Source of the DNA: Octopus vulgaris
Taxonomy: Eukaryota
Assembly (NCBI GenBank): GCA_951406725.2
Contig: OX597824.1
Location: forward strand, 24,552,001-24,616,000
Reading direction: 5' to 3'
DNA length: 64,000 nucleotides
Shown here: positions 14,052 to 26,230 of the stretch, one piece after another
How the letters are laid out: the number at the start of each line of letters is the position of its first letter
Position numbering within the stretch: position 1 is the stretch's first letter
Program-made: the position numbers and the translations under genes
The notes under the pieces: generated by a model
Database searches by the model: none
What the model was told of the DNA's origin: nothing
Seen by the model: the letters and a program-made list of their open reading frames with translations, nothing else

Positions 14052-14555
14052 TCCTCTCCTCTTCATCGTTCCCTCTCTCTCACTCCTCCTCCTCGACTCT
14101 CTCGTCACTGACACGTGACGAGGGTGCTTCTATCTTTCTGACCACTACCTTCGTAAAGACAAAACGTGCTTATACCGTCTCCTTCATAAGCTCGTCTTCC
14201 TAGCGTTCATAATAATTTTTCTATCGTCTTGGCTTAGCAGCTCTCACTGTTTGTTTTTACTGTTTTGTTCTCACTGTCCTGTTCTTGTTACCACTTTCGC
14301 CCTCCGCAAAATATCACAAATTTTGTTTAATTTGCTTTACGGGAAGGACTCTTTCAACGAAGTCGCGTCTTGTCCTTACCTTCGAACGCGGAGTAGATGG
14401 ATAAGGGACAACTGAAGAAGGGTTATATTCTTTATGTTGTATGCCTCTTTCCTCTGTTTTTTTTCGTTGTTCGAAAAAGAGTTCGTTTCCATGTTTTTGT
14501 TTTTATGTTTTCGTTTCTCATTGTCGTTTTTTTGATGTCCTGTACCCATATATGC

Positions 14556-14560
<5 letters not shown>
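14050..14560 (+). mobile_element. Penelope-like fragment (family E, longer copy)
   Basis: Lies between (TA)n tracts; 3' part homologous to 12950-13146. Confidence 0.5.
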
Positions 14561-14604
<44 letters not shown>

Positions 14605-14635
14605 TATGTAAATATATGTATGTTTATATGCATAT

Positions 14636-14742
<107 letters not shown>

Positions 14743-14770
14743 CATAAACACATACATATACATACAGACG

Positions 14771-14814
<44 letters not shown>

Positions 14815-14829
14815 AGAGAGAGCGTTTCT

Positions 14830-15160
14830 CAACCACATGTTTGCAGGTTCTGCTCCACTGCGAGAAATCTTGGGCAAAAGTCTTCTACTATAGCCTCGGG
14901 CCGACCACAGCCTCGTGACTGAATTTGGTAGGTAGAAACGCATGTGTGTGTGCGTGTGTGTCTTTGTAACTATATTTGTCCTTCACCACCGTTTGACAAC
15001 CGATGCTGGCATGTTTACTTCCCCGATCTAGCAGGTCGGCAAAAGAGATCGATAGAATAAGTATCAGGTTTAAAAAGAGTAAATATTAGAGTAAAATTCT
15101 CCAAGGTGGTGCCCCAGCATGGCCGCAGTCTATCGACTGAAACAAATAAAAGATACAAGA
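14830..15160 (+). mobile_element. Diverged (AAGAGTA)-family SINE
   Basis: Homologous to 49441-49850. Confidence 0.75.
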
Positions 15161-15537
15161 TTAGAAATCAAGAAAATTCAGCTATCCGGCAACTGGACAG
15201 GTGGGAGGTTTTGGTATGTGTGTTTATGCGGTTCTCAATTTCACCTGCCTCGCCTGGCCACTGCATTAATCACATTGGTGATCCTGACCTATAGTCATAT
15301 TTTAAACAAAGGGACCTAGTAGCTGTTTGAATTCACATTAAATATGTAGGTAGTTTCGTTCTGTTATAACAAAAACAAAAAAAGGACATGCTAAAAATAG
15401 TAACCAAATCTTCCTGAAATCAAATTCTGCTGTTAAAAAAAAAAACGGTTAGAAATAGCAGCAGAAATAATCTTCAAACCACACCCTATTATTGAAATAA
15501 AAGAAGGGCATACAAGAAATAGTAATAATAAATAATA

Positions 15538-15760
15538 AATGTGCCCTTTTAAAGCCTAGGCTCATGGGGCCCGGTTTTCCGGTTTCTATGGCGTATGGGC
15601 TCCCCAGCTGGAAGGAACGCTAGGCCATCGCAGCGTTACTCAATTTTGCCAGCTGAGTGGACTGGAGCAACGTGAAATGAAGTGTTTTGCTCAAGAACAC
15701 AACGCGTTGCCCGGTCCAGGAATCGAAACCACAGTCTCACGATCATGATGCTGACACTCT
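15538..15760 (-). mobile_element. tRNA-derived SINE (head 2, tail B), 5'-truncated
   Basis: Homologous to 8123-8350. Confidence 0.8.
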
Positions 15761-16316
15761 AGTTTATTCGCACTCCAAAATCTCATTCTTCCATTAAAGA
15801 AAAGGAAAGAACTGCCAGAAAAGGCAGCCAAAACTCCCTCAAATCGGACTCTTTTATTTAAAAAGAAAGGTACGCTAGGAATAGCGTTCTTTCGAATAAA
15901 TATTCCTTCATTTAATAGAAGAGAAGGCCAAGCTAGAAAAGGACACACACACAAAATAAATAATAAATGTGTCTATGTCCCCGTCACTTAGCGGTTCGGC
16001 AAAGAGACCGATTGAATAAGTACTGGGCTTACAAAGAATAAGTCGCGGGGTCGAGTTGCTCGATTAAAGGCGGTGCTCCAGCATGTCAGCAGTCAAATGA
16101 CTGAAACAAGTAAAAGAGTAAGATAAACTAAAAGCAGGAAAACCTTTCTCAAATCGCATTTTATTATTATCAACGAGGAGATAGAAGGTTGTCTAGTGTC
16201 GTCACGCTAGGAATAACTTGATCAAAGATGCGCTCTATCAGGACAGATTTCGTTAGTGAGAGGGACAAGAACAACAATAATAACGATAGTCTGTCTGTCT
16301 GTCCTATATACTGGGA

Positions 16317-16548
16317 AGGCGGCGAGAAGGCAGAAATGTTAGCATGCTGGGCGAAATGCTTTGCAGTATTTCGTCCACCGCTGCGTTCTGAGTTCAAATT
16401 CCGCCAAGGTCGGCTTTGCCTTTCATCCTTTCGGGGTCGATAAATTAAGTACCAGTTACACACTGAGGTTGATGTAATCGACTTAATCCGTTTGTCTGTC
16501 CTTGATTGTCCCCTCTGTGTTTAGCTCCTTGTGGGTAGTAAAGAAATA
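16317..16548 (+). mobile_element. Monomeric SINE (head plus one 184-bp body)
   Basis: A-box-like GGCAGAAATGTT, B-box GAGTTCAAATTCC; 12-bp TSD TATATACTGGGA at 16305-16316 and 16549-16560. Confidence 0.9.
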
Positions 16549-16564
16549 TATATACTGGGACGGC

Positions 16565-16725
16565 TGACATGTGAAGCGACGAGAGGGTAACTCTAACTCG
16601 AACTTTCGACTGCAAAGTTTGCTGACGTCACTAACGGGACAGCTGGGACTTCCTACACGTTCGAAGTCAGGTGGACAATAAATGTGACGTCTCTAACAAA
16701 GCAAACGTTCAGAGCACCTGTCTGG
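16565..16725. promoter_or_regulatory. Candidate enhancer
   Basis: TGACGTCA at 16623-16630, TGACGTCT near 16685, E-boxes CAGCTG/CAGGTG/CACCTG and GGGACTTCC in non-repetitive DNA. Confidence 0.3.
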
Positions 16726-17116
16726 GATGGTGAGATGGATGTCGAAGGCGGATGAGGTGGGAGGGTGCGCGGGGTGGAGATTTTCTCGGCAGGGTGGGGA
16801 ATGGGTAGGAAGAGGAAGACGAGAGAGAGAAAGAGAGAAAACGAAGAAAGAAAAGAAGGAAAAATGTAAACAAAGAGCGAAAGAGTTCGATTGTAAGGTG
16901 GGAGGTGTTGGTTGTGGTGGTGATGGTGGCGGCGGCGGCGGCAGGGACAGGCGGTGGTGATAGGGTGGTGGTGGTGGGGTGGTGGGGTTTGCTATGGAAG
17001 AGTTGGGGTGGTTGTGTTGGTGTTGGGTGTTGAAGGGGTGGTTAGTAACAGCCCTGGGTAGTTTTTAGAACACCCCATTGTGCAAGAAACACTCAAAGTA
17101 GTACAAGTGGCCTTGC

Positions 17117-17153
<37 letters not shown>

Positions 17154-17356
17154 CACATGCATACACATACATATACACGCACATTCACGCATGCAGTCAT
17201 GCACACACACACACATACACACACATACACACACACATACATATCTATGTATAATCCTCCATTCGTACATTCGTATAACTGTGGACATTATTACATATAT
17301 GCCTCCTTCATATGAATTATTTATGTTATGTGTACATAATACATGCAAGCAAACAA

Positions 17357-17387
<31 letters not shown>

Positions 17388-17584
17388 AGTGTGTGCGTGA
17401 GTGTGTGTGCGTGAGTGTGTGTGTGTGTGTGTGTGTGTTTACCTTTCATAAATAAACAATTAGTCTATAATGTTATGATGAATGGCGAACGAAAAAAAAA
17501 AAAAGGAGAAAAGTGCTGGACAATAAATCTCGATACAAACTGTTATAAAGTATAAGGTTTATTATAGGAGAACACATGTCATAA

Positions 17585-17731
17585 GGATAGACAGGTAGGC
17601 AGATAGGTAGACTGGCAAGTAGATAGGTAGGTAGGTAGGTAGATAGATATATAGGTAGGTAGGTAGGTAGGTAGGTAGGTAGGTAGATAGATATATAGGT
17701 AGGTAGGTAGGTAGGTAGGTAGATAGATAGG

Positions 17732-17791
<60 letters not shown>

Positions 17792-17804
17792 AAGACAGAC
17801 AGAC

Positions 17805-17851
<47 letters not shown>

Positions 17852-17864
17852 AAGACAGACAGAC

Positions 17865-17943
<79 letters not shown>

Positions 17944-17985
17944 CGGACTGAAAAGTAGGCAGGTAGGTAGGTAGGCAGGTAGATA
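17585..17985. repeat. Compound (GGTA)n/(GATA)n/(GACA)n microsatellite
   Basis: Direct reading. Confidence 0.95.
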
Positions 17986-18426
17986 TAAATAAAGAAAGAG
18001 GGGGTGAGAGAGAGAGGATATATATACATAGATGAACAATATGCGAATATGATGGATTGATATCAATATAGACAAAGAGATAGATAGATACGTAGGTAGA
18101 TAGTGGTAACTGGTGCACATGGCACGTCAAAACTTACTACCTGAAGAGCCTGGGATAGATAGGAACTGACACTTGCATTGCTGACTTGCAGAAAAGTATA
18201 TTACTGTATCCTGCAAGAAACCCAAGAATGATTCTTGAAATTTGAAGACACTTGTTGTCACCAAACCTCAAGAAAACGAACCTGTAATAGCATTTAATGG
18301 CTTTCGTATTATAATAATAATAACCAGGTGGACCCGTGAAAACTTCACGGAAAATATTTAAAAATGTATTTCGTTTTTGGATTTGGTTTGCAAGATTCTT
18401 TATGTGAGTTCGTGTGTTGGAGCATA

Positions 18427-18765
18427 GGATCTTTTCGGTTTATGAAATTGTCACCCATAATTACGACCCTAGTATCGATCTATTGCATTTCGATCTGTTT
18501 TAAGGTTAGGGTTAGTTAGGGTTAAACGAGAGACATATTCATACGGCACAGAATGTTTTTAACCTCAATAGACGTCATTGATTGGTTGAAATTGCAGAAA
18601 TTGAAGAAAAAAAAACTACAAATATCTTACAAGCTATAGAATTTTCTCAATAAAGCCAAGAGAAAAAGATGTTTTATAAACACATTCTACCAGTATACGA
18701 AGTTTAAAAGTGTTTAATTACGTGGAAATTATTTTAAAAAACTGCCGTTCAAACCGAAAAGATCC
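18427..18765. mobile_element. MITE, Merlin-like by ends and TSD
   Basis: GGATCTTTTCGGTTT ... AAACCGAAAAGATCC; 8-bp TSD GGAGCATA; internal TTAGGG. Confidence 0.85.
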
Positions 18766-19265
18766 GGAGCATATTCTGTTATGTCTGGGGAGAGTCATTT
18801 TCTTTGTGTGCCTTATAATTTAACACACTCACTGGTAAAATTTCCACTTATTCCTTATTTTTATTTTCCTAAAATTTTGGTTGCGTCTTGCAATCTTTTC
18901 AATAGTCCCCAGACACAATAAAAAATGTTAGCATCTGTAAATTGTGTGCTGCTGCCATGAGAAATGTTTTTCTATTGTAACAGTTACAGAATATAGAAAG
19001 AAGCGTAAAACCGATAACTGTATAATCCAACCAAAATATCTCAGTTACGCAAACGTAAACAAAATTACTATTCAGTCTTAAAATACATCGTACATATTCA
19101 AAGAATCATTTTGGTTTAGTGGTACGGAATGTTCTTCTAGTATTCTTTTACTGGTTTCAGTCATTTAACTGTGGCCATGCTGGAGCACCGACCTTTAGTC
19201 GAAGAAATCGACCCCTGGACTTATTCCCTGTAAGCCTGGTGCTTATTCAATCAGTCTCCTCTGCC

Positions 19266-19689
19266 GAACAGCTAAGTTACGCAGACGTAAACACACCAAC
19301 ATCGATTGTCAAAAGATGGTGGTGGGGGAACAAATAGACACACACGTGTGTGTGTGTGTGTGTTTGTGTGTGTATGTGTGTGTGTGTGTTGTTGTTGTTG
19401 TGAGGTTTTGCGTGTAAACAAGATTAACAATTAATGAAAAAGATCAACAATGTGTAATCCTCAATATGGAGATGTTGAACAGCTAAGTTACGGAGACGTA
19501 AACACACCAGCATCGGTTGTCAAAAGATGGTGGTGGGGGAACAAATAGACACACACGTGTGTGTGTGTGTGTGTTTGTGTGTGTATGTGTGTGTGTTGTT
19601 GTTGTTGTTGTTGTGAGGTTTTGCGTGTAAACAAGATTAACAATTGATGAAAAAGATCAACAATGTGTAATCCTCAATATGGAGATGTT
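19266..19689. repeat. 211-bp tandem duplication of a SINE fragment plus flank
   Basis: GAACAGCTAAGTTAC begins at 19266 and 19477; both units end CAATATGGAGATGTT. Confidence 0.9.
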
Positions 19690-19709
19690 CGAGGGTTGCT
19701 CATGGAAAA

Positions 19710-20003
19710 AAAAACCCGGCCTGATTTAAACAGTAGTAAGATAAAGAGAATAAAAATGCCAGATAATTGAATTCACAGTTCCAAATGATGAGAAAATCAA
19801 TATGAGAAGTACAGAGAAAATAACCAATTACTAAACCCTATTCATTGAGTGGAGTGACATAGACGATGGAGAAAGTGTGGGTAAAATGTATCTCAGTGGC
19901 TATAGGTGCATTAGGAACTATCCCTAAAGATTTGAACAGATGGATAGAGGAAGTAGGCATAAAACCCAGCCTAGTATAGCTCCAGAAAACAGTGTTCTTA
20001 GGG
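19710..20003 (+). mobile_element. R4/Dong-like LINE, RLE endonuclease fragment (degraded)
   Basis: Translates to RPDL...CQIIEFTVPND...IGALGTIPKDL...LQKTVFLG. Confidence 0.8.
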
Positions 20004-20585
20004 AAACAACAACTATCGGCGGGGTATTTTTCGTTTGTCACTATTATTTATGATATCGTTCGTGCCTCTGTACCGGTTTTAGCTTTAAGGTTTTAGGGTT
20101 AGGGTTTTAGGGTTAGGGTGTTAGTGTTAGCGTTTTAGTGTTAGGGCTACCACCTGTGTCATCTCTTGTGAAAGGTAGGAGAGTCCAGTTTGCTGGACAT
20201 TGTTGTAGAGCTGAAAAAGAAGTAATTTCTACTCTTCTCCTCTGGAAGCCATCTACTCGCAATACCAGAGGGCGCACACTCTCCTACCCTGATGTAATCT
20301 CCAGAGATACAGGCATCCAGCAACAGGACCTCCGTAATGCCATGATGGACCGTGAAGTCTGGCGTAGCATGGTAAATTCCATTGTCTCGACCACGGTCGA
20401 ACAATGATGATGAATGATGTTAGGGCTACGGTTTCAGGGTTAGGATTAGGGATTCAGGGTTAGGGCTAGGGTTTAGGGTTAGGGTTTTAGGGTTAGGGTG
20501 AGGGTTAGGGCTTCAGGGTTAGGGTTAGGGTTATCATACATAACAGTGACAAACAAAAAAAATACACTGCAGGAGGTTCTTGTTG
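20004..20585. mobile_element. Degenerate (TTAGGG)n tract between ~50-bp inverted repeats
   Basis: Left arm AACAACAACTATCGGCGGGGTATTTTTCGTTTGTCACTAT matches the reverse complement of 20532-20585; followed by a MITE-type end ...GGTAAAGATCC at 20812. Confidence 0.7.
20147..20417 (+). mobile_element. RTE/RTE-X-like 3' end inserted in telomere-like repeat
   Basis: Encodes LPPVSSLVKGRRVQFAGHC...VEQ*; (TGA)n tail; 12-bp TSD TGTTAGGGCTAC at 20139-20150 and 20418-20429. Confidence 0.9.
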
Positions 20586-20846
20586 ACAAACAACGGCAGT
20601 AATTTTATTCAGCTGAATACACGTCATTGATTGGTTGAAATTACCGAAATAGGATTACTTTAACGTGAAATTACTTCGTAAACATAAGTTTTTCTCAAAA
20701 ATGCTCCGAGTAAAAGATGTTTTATATGACACATTCTACCAGTGTCCGATGTTTGAAAGTGTTTAGTTACAAAAAATTATTTTTAAATTTGTAGGTCAAA
20801 AGGTAAAGATCCAATTTCTCTAATTTTCCTACTATCTATATATATA

Positions 20847-20881
<35 letters not shown>

Positions 20882-20884
20882 ATA

Positions 20885-21442
20885 CCGTGACCGACAAGAT
20901 CAACAGAAGAAAGAGTGAAAGTTGTGGCGAAAGAGTACAGCAGGGATCGCCACCACCCCCTGCCAGAGCCTCGTGGCGCTTTAGGTGTTTTCGCTCAATA
21001 AACACTCGCAACGCCCGGTCTGGGAATCGAAACCGCGATCCTCCGACCGCGAATCCGCTGCCCTAACCACTGGGCCATTGCGCCTCCACACACATATATG
21101 CGTTCTAATTTTACTATATATATATCATCATCACCATCATCATCATCACGCGACCGACCAGTCCATCAGATGTAGTTACACATCGCTGGTCACAATGCGC
21201 TCGCATTGTTTTGCCTTCGAATGACGCCACCCCGCTGGCTAAGCGAGCAGGCCAACAGAAGAAAGAGTGGGAGAAAGAGTGGTGAAAGAGTACAGCAGGG
21301 ATCACCAACCCCTGCCGGAGCCTCGTGGAGCTTTTAGGTGTTTTCGCTCAATAAATACTCACAACGCCCGGTCTGGGAATCGAAACCGCGATCCTACGAC
21401 CGCGAGTCCGCTGCCCTAACCACTAGGCCATTGCGCCTCCAC
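20885..21442 (-). mobile_element. Two adjacent head-1 SINEs (20885-21089 and 21125-21442)
   Basis: Both carry the GGAGGCGCAATGGCC head; the second ends in GGTCGCG(TGA)n. Confidence 0.85.
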
Positions 21443-21469
21443 ATACATACATACACATATATATATATA

Positions 21470-21949
21470 TATCATCATCATCGTTTAACGTCCGCTTTCC
21501 GCGCTAGCACGGGTTGGACGGTTTGACCGGGTCTGGGAAGCCAGGGGCCGCTCCAGGCTCCAGTCTGAATCTGGCAGAGTTTCTACGGCTGGATGCCCTT
21601 CCTAACGCCAACCACTCCGTGAGTGGATTGGGTGCTTTTTACGTGCCACCTGCACAGGGGCCGGAGGGTCCGGCATCGTCACGATCGGTTCGAGCATTTT
21701 AACGTGTCAGCGGCACGGGGGCAACGAGGTCCGGGGTACTTTGGGGATCGGGGTACTTTGGGGATCCAGGGTACTTTGGGGATCCGGGGTACTTAGAATG
21801 GGTAGGGGGTATGTGGAATTGCTGCAGAAAGCAGCCCGGGTCTTTGTAGTCACAGCATATCTCCAGAGATCTCGGTCCTTCGCCATTGCCTCAGTGAGGC
21901 CCAATGCTCTGAGGTCATGCTTGACCACCTCATCCCATGTCTCTCTGGG

Positions 21950-21950
<1 letters not shown>
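21470..21950 (-). mobile_element. RTE-clade LINE 3' end with long 3'UTR
   Basis: Encodes VKHDLRALGLTEAMAKDRDLWRYAV; UTR has ~19-bp GGGGTACTTTGGGGATCC repeats; (TGA)n tail. Confidence 0.8.
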
Positions 21951-21991
<41 letters not shown>

Positions 21992-22017
21992 CTATTTATA
22001 CCCACACACACACACAC

Positions 22018-22075
<58 letters not shown>

Positions 22076-22386
22076 AAATTAGGACGCACTAGATAATGAC
22101 GTCCTTGTGCACCGAAGGTAACATGTAAAATAGTAGGTGCAAAAGCGTATAAAATAACAGAGACTTGCATGATGCCGGCTTCTTGTATTCCGTCAGTCAT
22201 GCATTCTTCGCACACACATTCGTTTATTCATTGTTCAGCCTAGAATATTAAATAACACTGCAAAACATGCTACATTACCTTTATTTGCTATAATTCTCTG
22301 TCTTTTCTTACTTCTTTTTCATCTTATCCTCTCTTGTACCTTCTTACGGCGTCATTTGGCTGTAATCCTATACGTTTATTGTAGAT

Positions 22387-22545
<159 letters not shown>

Positions 22546-23198
22546 GAGTGTCGCGTTGCTCTCAAGCAACTCTGCCGTCCTGGGTCGACTTTGAGTGACT
22601 TCAACACAACCAAAGCATTCTATAGGGGTTTAGTGGAGGGGAGGTACGACGACGAGCTCGGGGCGAACCTGGACGTCGACGAGGAGTACCTGACCCGCCT
22701 GTTCAGGACGACTTTCGGGCCAGAGGCAAGTTTTGTCTAGCGAATGTTTTAAAAAAAGATGGGTGAATGTAGCAAGAATGGCACGTATGAATGACGAAGC
22801 CACCTTGAGCATGATCCTATGAACCCAGAAATTGAAAACAGAGAGTTGCTTATTCGCAAAAAAAAAAAAAATGAAATATAACATGTGACTCCATTAACCG
22901 AGGTTACCGTGGTCTTTTCCGTAGGCTTTTCTTTCCACGGGTAAACCTCACCTGTCCTCCCCTTTACACTTCATATTGACATTTCTGTGATAACGATCCC
23001 TATTGATCAATTTTTTTTTCCTCTCCCCTTTTTTTAACCCCCCTTTTTTTTGTCCTCTTTCTCATCTTTTACGATCCCTTTTGATCGAAACTCCCCCTTC
23101 CTTTTTTTTTTTTTTTTTTTTTAAACCTTCAAAAGAAAAGCTCTACCTTGTAATTTGTTCTGTCTGTGTGCAGCCCTGTGTGGCTAATAAAGAAACAT
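22546..23198 (+). mobile_element. Tx1/L1-like LINE 3' fragment with internal deletion, in (TATC)n
   Basis: Encodes [11 protein letters not shown]...LFRTTFGP, then SECFKKRWVNVARM...IL* (stop 22820-22822); pyrimidine-rich UTR with AATAAA; clade call is from remembered C-terminal pattern. Confidence 0.6.
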
Positions 23199-23402
23199 AT
23201 CTATCTATACCTGTTTATTTATCTGTCTCTGTCAATCTATCATCTCTCTCTTTCTCACTTCCTCCATTGTGTGTGTGTGTGTGTGTTTGTGTGTGTGTGC
23301 ATGTGTGTATGTGTGTGTGGGGGGGCGCGCGCTGTGAATGTAATTTTCTTCGTTTAACCACGTGTATCACATATCTATCTGTCTTTTTCCCTGTCTATTT
23401 AT

Positions 23403-23460
<58 letters not shown>

Positions 23461-23463
<3 letters not shown>

Positions 23464-23890
23464 TGCAGGTGCGGCTACGTAGTAAGAACCACATGGTTCC
23501 GGGTTCAGTCCCACTGCGTGGCAGCTCGTGCAAGTGTCTTCTACTATACCTTTGGGTCAACCAAAGCTTTGTCAATGGATTTAGTAGACGGAAACTGAAA
23601 GAAGCCTGTCGTATATATATATATATATCCTCGTGTATCCTTGATGGCCGGTAATAAAGTCACAGGAAAGAAAGTCATAGTAATAACGTCACAATTCTGG
23701 CTAGCAAAAAAAAAAAAACACACAGGAAAAAAAAGTCACAATTAATTTATGGGATCCGGACAAAACCCCCCTGGACAAAACACCTGGGACTTTTCTATTT
23801 GGATTCGTTTCCTTGTGTATGTGTTTGTCCCCCACCACTGCTTAACAACCGGTGTTGGTGTGTTTACTTTCCCGTAACTAAGCTGTTCGG
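23461..23890 (+). mobile_element. (AAGAGTA)-family SINE interrupted by a fragment with AAAGTCACA/GGACAAAAC repeats
   Basis: Head at 23461-23610, insert at about 23645-23790, body resumes near 23815. Confidence 0.7.
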
Positions 23891-24007
23891 TAGATCTATC
23901 AATCTATCTATCCACCTATCTGTCTGTCTACTTGTTCTTATATCTCTCTGCCTATCTATCCACCTATCTATCTACCTATCTACTCATCAATCTATGTATG
24001 TATTATA

Positions 24008-24209
24008 AGGCGGCGAGCTGGTAGAAACGTTAGCACGCCGGGCGAAATTCGGAGTTCAAATTCCGCCGAGGTCGACTTTGCCTTTCATCCTTTCGGGGTC
24101 GATAAATTAAGTACCAGTTACGCACTGGGGTCGATGTAGTCGACTTAATCCCTTTGTCTGTCCTTGTTTGTCCCCTCTGTGTTTAGCCCCTTGTGGGTAG
24201 TAAAGAAAT
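24008..24209 (+). mobile_element. Monomeric 184-bp-body SINE with internal deletion
   Basis: TATGTATGTAT flanks both ends. Confidence 0.85.
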
Positions 24210-24672
24210 ATATGTATGTATCTAACAATCCATGTATTTATCCACCACTTTTTATCTTCATACATAATCATGTAAACTCGGTTATGTCATCAAACGTCGA
24301 AGTGACAAACTCGTAAAGTCTCCATTTTGCAAATTGACAATTTGTAAGCAGAATGGTAAAAATATGCAAGGCTTTTCTAAAGTCCACTGGAAATTTTTCA
24401 TCATAAGTGTAATCTAATTTGCAGTGATAGACATTTGTTTCTTTGTTTTGTTTTTTTTTTGTTTCTTCGTTAGAAACCAACTCCTTCTTTATGATAGGAA
24501 TTCAGATATTTATAAAAGAAAATATCTTACATGTACGTAGTGAAGTGTTCAGGAAGCATGTTTGCTTTAGAAGAATATTTACCATTTTTTTATTAGTTGC
24601 GAAGTTCAAAGCAGAGATATCTTTGCACCGGTACGAGGTAACTTAAGCAACACCACCACCACCACCACCACC

Positions 24673-24731
<59 letters not shown>

Positions 24732-24881
24732 AATTCAACTTTTGTGTAGTGGTTTACGACAGGCGGTTTCATTTCATTTACCCGAAACATTCCTCCTACA
24801 CTACAGGATACGCTAAAATCAGTAAAGATCTTCAAAACTCGCATTTCTGTCAAACCTGCCTTTCTGTATCGCTCGGTCTTG

Positions 24882-24924
<43 letters not shown>

Positions 24925-25394
24925 TTCTTTCTCTCTCTCTTTCTCTCTCACTTTCTCTCTCTATTTTCTCTTCCTTTCTGTCTTTCCTCTCTCGATCCCC
25001 CCACTTTCTTTCTTGCATATTTAGAATATCTCAGGGACACATCAACCTGGTACACATTCTTGAAACATTTAAGAGTTCACACACATAAACATACGTACAA
25101 GCATACGCCCACTCAAACACGCACACACGTGTATATATAAATATATATATATATATACATATACATGCATACATACATATATAAATGTGTGTGTGGTGTA
25201 TGTATATATGTGTAAATGTATATACGAATATACATATTTACAAAAATACACAGCACACATATATTCACATTTTTATGTGTGTATAACGCACATAAACGGT
25301 GGTTTATGATGCATACCTTACAAATCCATTTTCGCAAACACACATACTTAAATGTGTGTGTATATGTGTGTGTATATATTCATATATGTATATA

Positions 25395-25601
25395 TATTTC
25401 TTTACTACCCACAAGGGGCTAAACACAGAGGAGACAAACAAGGACAGACAAACGGATTAAGTCGATTGCATCGACCCCAGTGCGTAATTGGTACTTAATT
25501 TATCGACTCCGGAAGGAATTTGAACTCGGAACGTAACGGCAGACGAAATACGGCAACGCATTTCGCCCGGCGTGCTAACGTTTCTGCCAGCTCGCCGCCT
25601 T
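25395..25601 (-). mobile_element. Monomeric 184-bp-body SINE with internal deletion
   Basis: Homologous to 52781-53012. Confidence 0.85.
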
Positions 25602-25725
25602 CTATATGTATATATGTATATATGTGTGTGTGTGTGTGAGTGCGCGCGTGTGTGTGTGAGTGCGCGCGTGTGTGTGTGAGTGCGCGCGTGTGTGTGTGAG
25701 TGCGCGCGCTACATACCTTGATAAT

Positions 25726-25758
<33 letters not shown>

Positions 25759-26131
25759 TTGCGTGTGTTTGTGTGTGTATGTAATATCATTCAACGATTG
25801 AGTCTCCGTTACTGTCAGTCTACTTGCAAGATTTTGCGTCCAGGTTACGTCAAACTAAACCCTATTCTCTTAAAACCCTATTCTCTTAAAATGGAAGAAC
25901 GCAGAAAAAAACCAAACCCACAGCAAAAAAAAAAAAACTTTGAAAAATCGCTTCCACCCACCTCTATTCTTGTCACACACACCGACAAAATTCGAGCGCG
26001 TCCCCTATGCATAAAACTCAATATGAGCGCAGACACGTTTGGAGTATCTCAGTAGCTGTACTCAAACCTGTCTAAGTAACGTTCCTGCACGAAACAAAAC
26101 TGAAGTACCCCAGAGGTCAAGCGCGCACGCA

Positions 26132-26171
<40 letters not shown>

Positions 26172-26230
26172 TCGACCTGAGGAGCTCAAACTCTGTGAAT
26201 GCTGTATCATCTATATGACGCGGAAAATGA

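Noticed and set aside
20080-20535. True telomere or fusion site
   Set aside because: Short, degenerate, single orientation, enclosed by inverted repeats
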